NCBI RefSeq assembly: GCF_000315625.1
Contig: NW_005434560.1
Coordinates: forward strand, 102,049 to 166,048
Length of the DNA stretch: 64,000 bases
DNA from: Guillardia theta CCMP2712
Taxonomy: Eukaryota; Protista; Cryptophyta
Reading direction: 5' to 3'
The position numbers and the translations under genes were made by a program. Position 1 is the first letter of the stretch; each line of letters starts with the position of its first letter. Positions 40,822-51,200 of the stretch are shown piece by piece. The notes under the pieces are model-generated. The model was given only the letters and a program-made list of their open reading frames with translations, did no database searches and had not been told where the DNA came from.

Positions 40822-41463
40822 TCAAACAGCGCATCGACAGATGTCGGCGACGGTGATGCGCCAGAGGTCCTCGGTGCGGCGCAGGATCTCCGTGTGGATG
40901 TCGGGGGAGACCATCTGCATGTACCAGGGGAGGTCCTGGTGGATGACGGTGATGTTGGCGGTGGGGGACGCTCCCGAGACCACGGGGGTAACGACGGAGA
41001 CGGTGATAGAGGAGACAACGGGTAGGTTGGATATGACGGCGTTCTCGTTCATGACAAACCTGTCCGATGAAGTACAGTCGAGCAGGTCTTGGTCCTTGTG
41101 CTGGAAGGCCTGGATGTTGCCCACGAAGGGCTTCAGGAAGGCGGGTGGCGTGACGGGCACATGGTAGTCCACGCTGCGGCTGAAGACGACGTGGGTGTCA
41201 CAGGTATTGGAGAGGTCGGAGATGGGGATGTTCCTCCACTTTCCCAGGCTGATGCCCTGCACGCCGGAGTCCCAGCGGCTGAGCCTCTTCTTGATGGCGT
41301 CGTCGCTCATGTAGAGGACGTACTGCAGGGGCTTGTTGACATTGCAGTGGCAGGACGGGAAGGCAAGCGAGGAGGTGAAGGTAGAGAGCGATGATATCGG
41401 TAAGGGCAGAAAGAGTAAGACGGTAGCCAACAGCAGGAACGCTTCGGCGGCGGCCTGATTCAT
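40822..41463 (-). CDS. Signal-anchored protein, possibly START/VASt-like helix-grip lipid-binding fold
   Basis: N-terminal hydrophobic segment, a run of beta-strands (GKW...RSVDY...NLP) and a long C-terminal helix after LPW. The fold call is tentative. Confidence 0.45.
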   Translation of the reverse strand: MNQAAAEAFLLLATVLLFLPLPISSLSTFTSSLAFPSCHCNVNKPLQYVLYMSDDAIKKRLSRWDSGVQGISLGKWRNIPISDLSNTCDTHVVFSRSVDYHVPVTPPAFLKPFVGNIQAFQHKDQDLLDCTSSDRFVMNENAVISNLPVVSSITVSVVTPVVSGASPTANITVIHQDLPWYMQMVSPDIHTEILRRTEDLWRITVADICRCAV

Positions 41464-41557
41464 GGCAGGGGTTTTCTGTTTTCTGGAAACACGCGGTCGT
41501 TTGCTCGTTTTATACCCAAGCGGGTATTAGGGGTGGGATGCGTGGGGGGGCAGGGAA

Positions 41558-42487
41558 ATGGCGGGTCAAGACGAAGCGATGGACGCTCGGCTTCTGGAGA
41601 CTTATATCCCGGCTTTCTTCATGATCATGAAGACCATTGCCGTGCTGGGCTTCATCCCCTTCGCAGGCTGGCTGGGCATGTCAAACGAGCACGTCTTCAA
41701 TCTCATTGGGACGCTCCTGTTTGTGGACCGCGTGCTGTTCAACGTGGAGGTGCAGGGTGGGATCGATTCCAACATGTCCGTGGCTTGCGTCTTGCTGTGC
41801 TTCGTGATCAACACGGAGAGGGTATGGACAGCCTATGTCGACACGGCCCTGGATATTGTCCTAAATGTGACTTGGTGCCTGCTGGCGCTGTTCCTGCTGG
41901 TGAAGGATGAGCTGCCCTTGGGCCACCACTGGATGATGTCCCTGCTCCCGAGCCCGGATATAATCATCGGGGCGGGGATGTTCTATGTCCACACCCTGCT
42001 TCCGCTGTCCTCCGCCTCCGTGCTCGAGCTCTCCATACGCGCCATCGTCTTCCAGTGCCTCTCCGTCAGCTGGTTCTACACCTTCCGGATGCGGGTCAGG
42101 GACCCCCTTGACACCCCCTTCACGCTTTGTATAAGTAGGTTCTTCCCCGTGATGTTCGTGGGCCCCATCGTCGCGTGCGTCTTCGCCGGGATGGTGTGGG
42201 TGTGCATCATGGTCAAGTTCTACCGGCAGCAGGGCGAGTTCCGGGCGTATTTTGTGCAGGTGGACAGGCATCGGAAGGCCCCCACACCGGATCCCATCGA
42301 GACCCCCATCTTGTACACCCAGAGGAGGCAGAGGAACCAAGCCTCCCATTCCACTGTTTATATTCCTGGCTCTCCCATGCCTGTCCCTTACGAGAGCGCA
42401 GAGGACGCGGAGGGCGACGAGGACACCATGCTGCTCAGGGAGATGCTGCAGAGGGGCAGGGAGGGGATCGAGTCCGGGATGGTTTGA
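41558..42487 (+). CDS. Multi-pass membrane protein
   Basis: About 7 hydrophobic segments and a polar C-terminal tail. Confidence 0.8.
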   Translation: MAGQDEAMDARLLETYIPAFFMIMKTIAVLGFIPFAGWLGMSNEHVFNLIGTLLFVDRVLFNVEVQGGIDSNMSVACVLLCFVINTERVWTAYVDTALDIVLNVTWCLLALFLLVKDELPLGHHWMMSLLPSPDIIIGAGMFYVHTLLPLSSASVLELSIRAIVFQCLSVSWFYTFRMRVRDPLDTPFTLCISRFFPVMFVGPIVACVFAGMVWVCIMVKFYRQQGEFRAYFVQVDRHRKAPTPDPIETPILYTQRRQRNQASHSTVYIPGSPMPVPYESAEDAEGDEDTMLLREMLQRGREGIESGMV

Positions 42488-42510
42488 GGGGATCGAGTCC
42501 GGGATGGTTT
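42461..42510. repeat. Perfect 25-bp tandem duplication spanning the stop codon
   Basis: gaggggatcgagtccgggatggttt occurs twice. Confidence 0.95.
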
Positions 42511-42559
42511 GATGCGCTGTATTTAAATGATCTGTGTGTGCAGGGATCAACTGTGTGTC

Positions 42560-42958
42560 ATGTTTGCCTATTGGATTTTCAAGGAGCCCTACCAGCACAT
42601 CTTTCAGTGCGATGAGGCTTGTAAGGCCACAGATGATAAGATCAGGGCCGTGGACAAGAAGGAGAATGATTTTAATGAGTTGCTTGATATGATGAATAAG
42701 GGTTACATCTACTGTGCATGCGACAAGAACACGCTGTCGGAAGAAGACCGCGAGTACTACGACCACAGAAAGAGCATCATTAAGGAGTACTTCACTGCCA
42801 AGCTCGAAGCTTACCAAGCGGCCATGGCCTGCCTGAAGAAGCACATGAAGACCCTCTCCGTGACGTCAAACGCGGAGGAGCTCAAAAATTGCACCAAGCT
42901 CGAGACAGAGTTCGACAACGAGATCATCAGATACAGCATCAAGGTCATGGAGATGTAG
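42560..42958 (+). CDS. Hypothetical helical protein
   Basis: ATG 32 nt after TGTATTTAAA (42518), with AATAAA at 42995. Confidence 0.75.
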   Translation: MFAYWIFKEPYQHIFQCDEACKATDDKIRAVDKKENDFNELLDMMNKGYIYCACDKNTLSEEDREYYDHRKSIIKEYFTAKLEAYQAAMACLKKHMKTLSVTSNAEELKNCTKLETEFDNEIIRYSIKVMEM

Positions 42959-43115
42959 ACTCACCCTGTAGGATGTCCTGGTAGAATTAAACAGAATAAA
43001 CCTCTGCGTAATAATAACCATGTGCGCACCCGCGTGTATAAGGGACGGGATCGAGTCTGGGCTGGTTTGATGCTCTGTATTTAAAGGATATTACACAACA
43101 CGGGGGCATCACGTC

Positions 43116-43568
43116 ATGTTCAAGGCAATATACAATTTCTTTTCAGGGACGACGGGCAAGCGGAAGCGCTACGAGATGGATGATGTAACGGTACCATGCA
43201 AGTGGACGAATGAACATTACAGCCCAGAAAGATGGATCTCGGAGCTGAGTGACGGTCCGTTTCTCGAGAATGCAGAAAAACAACTCACTGTCCTCCGTCT
43301 ATACGAGAAAGCCACTGAAGACATGATTCAGGATATGGAAGACACTAAACGTGAGATGGGATCCTTGAGAGATGATCTTTCTCAGAATTGGCGGAATGCT
43401 ACCGGTAGTCATGCACAAAGATATTTCGACATGCTTGCTAAAACCAACTCTATCATCCGTAACCACAAGTCGCTGATGACTAGGTTTGTAATTCCGTATC
43501 TCTACTGTGCCAGCAACATAGATTCGTTGAAGGAAGCCATCCATATGGTAAAGGAGAGTAGCGCGTAA
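43116..43568 (+). CDS. Hypothetical helical protein with KRKR NLS-like motif
   Basis: ATG 30 nt after TGTATTTAAA (43076), with AATAAA at 43587. Confidence 0.75.
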   Translation: MFKAIYNFFSGTTGKRKRYEMDDVTVPCKWTNEHYSPERWISELSDGPFLENAEKQLTVLRLYEKATEDMIQDMEDTKREMGSLRDDLSQNWRNATGSHAQRYFDMLAKTNSIIRNHKSLMTRFVIPYLYCASNIDSLKEAIHMVKESSA

Positions 43569-43626
43569 GTGATGCCCGTGGTAGATAATAAACCTCTACG
43601 TAATAATAACCATGTGTGCACCCGTG

Positions 43627-43636
43627 TGTATAAAAG
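43627..43636 (+). promoter_or_regulatory. TGTATAAAAG TATA-type promoter (second motif class)
   Basis: Similar (G)TATAAAA elements precede genes at 26113(-), 35150(+), 38345(-), 39549(-), 41463(-), 51425(-) and 61458(+). Confidence 0.7.
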
Positions 43637-43684
43637 AAACCATGCGGGCGGGGGCTGCCATGTACCGAGCGGGGGAGACGAGCC

Positions 43685-45262
43685 ATGTCGAACTTCTTCG
43701 GGAACCTGAACAACCCGCGCATGCCCGAGGTGGTGATGAACCAGGGCCCGCTGCCGCCGCTGAGCACCGACAACCTCCCGTACGGCCTGAACGGGACGGC
43801 GGATGCGAGGATCAACTACAACAATGCGCTCCTTGGGGACATCAGTCCGTACGTCTACGGGGATTCCGCCCGCATCACCACCCAGACCTCCTACCTCAAC
43901 CAGAGCTACCGTATCCAGAAGATCGTGCCTGAGCTGTACCTCCCCCCCATCGGGGACGGGCACGGGCTGGTGAAGGTGTCGCACGCCGTGGATTACGGGG
44001 ATATCGCCTGGTCGCTCCGGCTCAGAAACATCTCCGCCACGCTCGGGGTGTTCATGAAGTCGGCCGAGGGCGTCGGGGACAACGGGACGCACATCACCGC
44101 CTTTGTCAATTTTCCCACGGTGAACTACATCCTGGTGGGGTTCCAGAACCTGTGGTTTCGGAGGCGAGCCGTGCCTGCCGTTCCCGCCACCTCTTCGGAC
44201 AAGGCTTGGCTCCGCCTGTGGTTCGACCTGTTCAACCTGACGGGGAACCCGGAGGACTTTGGTCAGTTTATGAATGGGATCACAACTGTGCAGGATATTT
44301 CGGAGAAGCTCATGAAGATCATCACCCCCTTCGGCGTGTCGGTGCAGTCCGAGAAGCAGGGTGGGATGCACGAGGTGGGCCTGAGCCCGGTGATGTGGGC
44401 GGTCAACCACCTGACGAGCATCAACATCGACGGGATGACGCGGGACATGATCAACTATTGGAGACATATAGATGTCAACTCCGGGGATAGGATCTGCTTC
44501 CGCCTCATGCCCATCGACCTGAGCGGGGACCAGCGGGCGACCCTGAACCACTTCTACAAGCATATCGTCAACCTCGAGTTCACCGTGAGCGAGGGGAGAT
44601 ACGAGATCCTTGTCCCCGATACCTACCCGTACTGCATCCCCGGGGATAAACTTCTAAGGGTGCCGGATGCAGCCGTGCGGCAGGAGTACAACAGGAGGAA
44701 GATGCACTGGTACATCGGCACGACACAGCAGCACTACCCCAAGATGTACGAGGAGTTCAGTGAGATGAAGAAGTTCATGGACGATACCGCGTTCTTGAAG
44801 GGCGCGCTGCTGCAGACCACCATCACGCCGATGCTGGTGAATTCTAGGATACGTCATGTTGCGGATGGGGCTATCTCCTTCTTTGGCTCCCGCCTCTCTG
44901 CGTCTGATCCCCGCAAGCGCGCGCTGGGGGTGACCTGGGCGGACGAGCGGCAGGGCGGGAAGCGCAGGTTCGCGCTGTCCGGGCCACCGCCTCCCAAGTT
45001 CAGTCTCCCGCAGCAGGCTCCCCAACAAGCTCCGCAACAGACCCCGCAACAAACCTTGCAATCCCGGAACGGCCTCGACATCGACGCCCTGCTGCGGGAG
45101 GGTGGGCTTCAGGGATCCGCTGAAGGTGCAGCCCCCGAAGAGCCCAGGAACGTAGTCCCCCAGGCCGTCGCCACCGGCTCCGCCCTCAAGCCCAAGAAGC
45201 AGGTCGCCAAGCCCGTGGGCGGGAAGGAGAAGAGGGATGGGGTAGCGGTGTCCGTGGTTTAG
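43685..45262 (+). CDS. Probable capsid triplex subunit (mirusvirus type)
   Basis: Motifs KIVPELYLP, HAVDYGDIAW, VNFPTVNYIL, PFGV..SEKQGG and IDG...MINYW...SGD resemble mirusvirus triplex proteins as I recall them. Disordered C-tail. Not verified by search. Confidence 0.45.
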   Translation: MSNFFGNLNNPRMPEVVMNQGPLPPLSTDNLPYGLNGTADARINYNNALLGDISPYVYGDSARITTQTSYLNQSYRIQKIVPELYLPPIGDGHGLVKVSHAVDYGDIAWSLRLRNISATLGVFMKSAEGVGDNGTHITAFVNFPTVNYILVGFQNLWFRRRAVPAVPATSSDKAWLRLWFDLFNLTGNPEDFGQFMNGITTVQDISEKLMKIITPFGVSVQSEKQGGMHEVGLSPVMWAVNHLTSINIDGMTRDMINYWRHIDVNSGDRICFRLMPIDLSGDQRATLNHFYKHIVNLEFTVSEGRYEILVPDTYPYCIPGDKLLRVPDAAVRQEYNRRKMHWYIGTTQQHYPKMYEEFSEMKKFMDDTAFLKGALLQTTITPMLVNSRIRHVADGAISFFGSRLSASDPRKRALGVTWADERQGGKRRFALSGPPPPKFSLPQQAPQQAPQQTPQQTLQSRNGLDIDALLREGGLQGSAEGAAPEEPRNVVPQAVATGSALKPKKQVAKPVGGKEKRDGVAVSVV

Positions 45263-45278
45263 GCATTTATTAAATGAT

Positions 45279-48200
45279 TTACTGGGGTGCATCGATCAGG
45301 TTGGATGACTTTAGGATGAGCTCGTAGGATTCCTTGTTGTAATCACTCTGTCTTGTGTGGTTCAGAAGCTTATTGACGGTGGGTGTAAAGGGCCATGGTG
45401 CATTGATCCCATCAGGCTTCCATTTGATCATCAGTTCGTTCCATGCCTTCTTCTTCTCCTGCAATCCCTTGCGGATCTGCTTCCGCATGTCCCGCTCCCG
45501 GAAGCTCCCATACATGTCGATGAGGTCGTAGTTGCCATCCGTGGGTGGCTTCCGGCCGATTTCGTAATTGTCTGGGTTGTAGGTGATGGCGGTGTAGGCC
45601 GCGTTGATGAGGTTGGAGCTGTAGAAATTCTGGAATTGCACGACAATGTCCTCTAAACTATTCCCAGGGAGATTCTCGATGCAGTACCACGGGAAGTACA
45701 TATCGGCGGATAGGTGGTCAAAGAAAGACACAGGGGTCCACAGCTCGGTGTGCCTCAGCCGGTGGCTCACGATGGTGTACCAAGTGTCGGAGGTCCTTTG
45801 CATATAGTAGCTTGATTTTTTGTTTTTGGCCTTTGCAGTTTCGTTTGTTTTCAGCGATTTGATGACATAGGCCATGTTCAGCGTGAACTTGTGCAGGGCG
45901 CGGATGTATCGGAACACCCAGCGGTGCAGCACTCCGTCCCAGTTGGACTCTTCGATACTGACCTCTGGGGTGTTGTCGCCGAATAGCTCTGTCTTGTGAT
46001 TGTTCTTCATATTCTCGATGGACTTCTTCAAGATTTCAGCGAAGACCTTGCCGCTCACAACGATGGTTGCACTCCCTGAACTGTATTTGACAACCTGCAT
46101 GTTCCGCGCGACCCTGCTCCGCGTGACGTATAGCTGATTGTATGCTAACTTGGGTAGGACTTGCTTCAAGCGGTACTTCACGACGCTGTCGCGGTCGAGG
46201 TGGATGTGCAGGATACGGGTGAAGTCTTCCTTAGGGAGGGTATGAAGAATTCCTATGATGTGTACCTTCCAGGGTGTGGCGCTGCTGACCGACGTGGTGG
46301 AGGAGGGGTGGCTGTGGGCGGGGCTTGGAGATCGGGGGCGCTTGTTGGAAGCTTCAGGATCTTCATATAGAAGCCCTCCGCGATTGTGACCCCCTCTGGT
46401 ATGGGGTGGGTTCCATACTTTTTCGTGGTCAATCTCTTGATCGCGGGACGGCTTGGGAGAGTTAGAAGCTTCCTCCTTTCTCACAAATCCGGGGAGTACA
46501 CCCGGAGAGTGCTTTCTGACGTTGGAAGCTTTAGAATCTTCATCTGTGTTCTTCCCTCCAATCCCTCTTTGATCGTGGGCCTTTCTGACACCGGGGTCGT
46601 TATCCATCTGCGTATGGTGTCTGTTATCGGGTTCCATGTCAGGCTCTTCCGGTTCCATGTCAGGCTCACTTTCGTTGTCTTTCTCGCTTGCATTGTCTTC
46701 CATCCCATCTCCATCTGCACCAAGTTTGGCGTGCATGGGAGTGGGAGAGGAAGGGGAATATGTGGGAGAAGGAGGGGAATATGTGGGAGAAGGAGGGGAA
46801 TATGTGGGAGAAGGAGGGGAATATGTGGGAGAAGGAGGGGAATATGTGGGAGAGTGAGGAGATAAATCAATAGACTGAATCCTTCCCTTCTGATACGCCA
46901 GTTCCATGTTGTACAGAGCATTCGTGTATAAACTGAGCATTGCCCTCAAATTAATAAATGAATCGACATCATTCATTTTCAGTTGACTGGCATTGATCTC
47001 TATCGTTGACATCTGTAAGAGAATGCCATTTGTTATATCCTTCAGGTATGCGTATTTTTTAAGTTCAGAATCAATATCCTTGTAAATTCGCCATGTTTCC
47101 TTCAACTGAGAAACGAGTGAATTCAGAATATTGTTGGGTGGTACGATTGCTGTCCCTAATGCTGTCTTGTATGTAAATTGGTAATCCATGGTAAATATTT
47201 CATTGAGTTTATCGATAATCTTCTTCTTGGTATCTTCCCAATGATTTTTCATCACAGTTTCCATATGATCTGTTGAGACTTGTTGCTTTTTAGCAACATC
47301 TTTGATGATGCCAAGTGAATTTTCCCGTAACGTTCCGTCCAGCCTTGGGTACTTAGTGATTCCTGACATCGGTGTCAGCTTGTCGATCACTTCCGTCAAT
47401 GGGGCGTTGGTGAGGGTGACGTAGAAGTCATCCCAGGAGCGCATGGACCATGTCAGCATGGGCTTGTCGTTCTCCGCCGCGCCAGGCAGCCTGGCTATCT
47501 CCAGGTCGGCGGCTTTGTCGTCCTCACCGGCCAGGATGACCTGGATCATGTGCTCGAAGTTCGTCACGATGTTCATGAGGTTGGTGGTATCCATGTTTGT
47601 CGTTTGTACGGTCATGCGCGTGAAGGGGTTCAGGAATGTCTGGTTGTGGAGGATGAAGGAAAGTATCGCCTCCTGCTGTAGTGTTATCCTTAGTTTCTTG
47701 CGGTAGTCGTAGTAGATACCCTTGATGATCTCGACGAATGAGTTGATGACGTAGGGCATGAGGCGGACGATTTTGAGCGGATCGTCTTCCTTGATCAGCC
47801 TTCTTGTATTGATGTACAGGCTGGTTGTCAGCTTCTTCACCTTGGGGTTGAGGTGCAGGGAACATTCCTTGAATTGTTTCGCGCTGTGCTGGTAGTTGAC
47901 GCTCTGGATGACGAGGATCTTAAGCACGCGCTGCATGACGACGGATATGACCATCTTGCAGCCCATGATGTACTTCACGATGGCTTGCTTGGCTGTTTCG
48001 TTCTGTTTACCCACCGCGAAATTGTACAGTTCAATCAGCGTGCTTTTGGGACTTGTGTCCCTGTACCGTGTGGTGTTGGATACTTCCGTGATTTTCGACA
48101 TAAACTTTTTCCGGTTTTCAATGACGCGATCGATGCCATGTTTCTCTATATTATGCAGGTTAGTGGTGGACTGGTCCAGGGATATCTTGAGTTGAAGTAA

Positions 48201-51200
48201 CAACCCATTCAGTCTGGACACAGCACTCCTGTATCTCATAATTTCACTGTTGTACCTCCGTCTTGGCTGCAAGTCCTTGTTTTTTCTGTTCCTTCTTCTT
48301 TTTGCGTTGTTAGTGACTGCAACAGGCATGCCAATAAACATGGCGGAGACACCCTTTTGATCGTCACACTCGTCTTCGCTGTCGCTGTCGCTCTCCCCCA
48401 TCTCCGCGGCGTAGCCCCACGCATCGCCGAGGAGGATACCGTTCGGGTCTTCAATATCCCTGTGGATATCGCGGGAGAAGATGCATTCGAGCCTTGGTTT
48501 TTTGCTGGACCGGCTGGAATCCTGGTCCGTCCTTTTGTTCTTGTCCGACATCAATGGGATTGTGCGTTGAAAGGGATTTTTCTGCTGTATTGGGTTGTGT
48601 CTATGCTGTATAATTTTCTCTATGAGTTTCGTTTCCTTGTTGAGCTCCTGCTTGAGCTTTTCCCTGTCGTTCTCATTGATCTCATTTGAGCTCAATGCGC
48701 TCCAATCTTTCTTGTTCAATGCACTAACAACCTTCGTCATCAATTTTAATTTTTCCAGTACATTTCTGTGATTTTTTTGGAGTTCCTGCTTGGAAGATTG
48801 GTATGATTTTATGTTTTCCTTGATTATGTTTTCGTTGATAACCCTGTTATCCATCTGGGTGAATGTTTCAATGTTCCTGTCGATCCATTTTCCGAATTGG
48901 TACAGAACCATCAACTTCGTAAATTCATATATGGTCTGTATGGTGGATTTTATGTCGTCTATGTACCCAGGTGCCCTTACAAGTACGTTCATTATGTCGT
49001 TGTTCTGTTCTGCATTAACATTGAATTCGTGTACACTGAGCCATGTTTTGACAGTGGGTAGCTCGAGGTGGAGGTAGTCCTTTAGCTGTTCCATCTGCTT
49101 GAACGTGAAGGAATCCGGCTCGACCGTTGTCTTAATGTCATTCATCATGTATTCGTTGGGTTCCAATCGGTATTCACCATAGCCTCTCTGATATTCCAAA
49201 GGAACTTCTATCGATGATTGACCCAGCAGAGCATCGATCATACCCAGCATGTAGCGTTGGAAGACTTTCTTGGAGTTGGCGTCCTGATCGTTGTTCTTGA
49301 TGCTGGGCATGAGGATGACATTGAGCGCCTTGATGGTGTTTATCCTGGCTGCTAGAATGAGGGGCAATGCCTCTTTGAAGAGTTTAACAGCCTCGCTGTT
49401 GCGTATGATCATACCGTAGTCATCGGTAGGTTTTGCATTGTTAACCTTGGTATTCCAGACATCTTTGTGTGCGTCTAGTTGCATCTGTTGTTTCATGATT
49501 CTTTTCACGTTGATTGCGTTGAGCAGGTTCGAACCGAAGCGCTTCATGTGCCCTGGCTGTACATCCGCCATGTAAGGCTTCATGTCATACAGCTCCTGTT
49601 TGATCTCCCTTATGTTGACTCGATATGGATCGATGTCGAGGGATGATGAAGTCATCGTGGCCTTCATCCACATGTTATAGACCTTGTGGGTGTATCTCTT
49701 GCAAAATCGTAGCCTTTCCACGTTGCCCGCGTAGGCTCCGTGGACTTGTTTGAGGATCTTCTTCACCCGGCGGTCGTTCCTGGATTGGATGTCAAGTTTG
49801 ATATCTTTGATGTCTGTAGTGTCGGCGTACTTTTGCTTTCCCTTTATCATCGCGGCGAACATGTATTGTGGTGTTATGTTGAAATCTTCTTTGTTGTTTT
49901 TCTGGAATTCCCCTTGATTCCAGGGTTCTTTGCTCTTCATGCGTTGTATATCTCTCTGTATCTCTTTGTCTGCATTCGTGTCCAGATCTTTGATGTATTG
50001 GTTGTATGTGGATTGGTGCATGTTCAGGGCTTGTTTGAGCTCGGCTTCATCCTTTGGAATAGCGCCGATAGGATTTCCGCGGACGATGTCCTCGAGTATG
50101 CTGTAGTCTATCTTGTCATTGAATCCTTCTACAAAGACATGGTCTATCTTCGCCCATTGGAGCATATACCGGATAGACGTTATGACCTTGATGGTTGCAA
50201 TATGTTCTGAGTTGTCTTCTATGAATTGTTTGAAATCGTCGCTTGCATCCATGCTCTTGTCTATCTCATCCATTTCATCTAAGGTGTTTTTCAATACATC
50301 TATCTCATGTCTGTTTTTTTCATAATCATGCCTGAGATACATCCGCTTATAATAAATGTTGTGAGAGTTTATCTGCTCTTCCGTTAAGATTTCACGTGCA
50401 ATATGATGTAGATCACCCTGTGGTTTTTCCCATATAGGGAGTTTAAAATGTTTCATGACACTTTCCTTTCGTTCTTCGTCCTTGTACTCGGATTTCATCA
50501 ATTTGATGAATTCGTCTCGACCATTCTTGTTGGCAAATAAGATAAGTGATACGTATCTCATGACATTGTATGTATCCTTTAGTTCATTACGTGCCGTATT
50601 GATGTTTTTTTGGTATTCATCTCGGTCGGTCACCTTCCCTTTTTCTAGATTATTGACATGGCGTAGTAGGTATGACATTCTTCTGATGACAAAATTTAGT
50701 TTTCGTGTCATACTCAGAAATTCACTGTAATATATGTTTTTGAATTTTCCTCCAAGAGGTTTGGTATAACGACGTTTCAGAGTATCACATTTTTCCATGA
50801 GTTTGTCGATTTCATGGTTGATTTGAAAGCTTTTGAGTGATGTCATCGCATCCTTGATATAATTCGGTAATATCTGGTAATCCTTGAGCCTCTTGATGAA
50901 TATCGGTGTGTTATCCTTCTTTTTCTTCTCGGCCACGTCCTTCCAATTGCCGGCCGCCCCCTCCCCCGGCGCACCGATCTCGGGGCTGAATTCATGCCCA
51001 CTCTCTGACATCTCCTCGTGATCGCTGCCTGGCTCATCGTCGCTGCTGTAGTCATACCTGGGTGTGACATGCATGGAGCCATCACCGAGGTCATCGTTGT
51101 AGAACTCCCTCTCGTCGTCGTAGTATGCCTCGTCCCACAGCCCGTCGTCCTGGATCCCCGCGGCGCGGAGGACGCTGGGGGGGAAGCGGAGGACGCCGTC

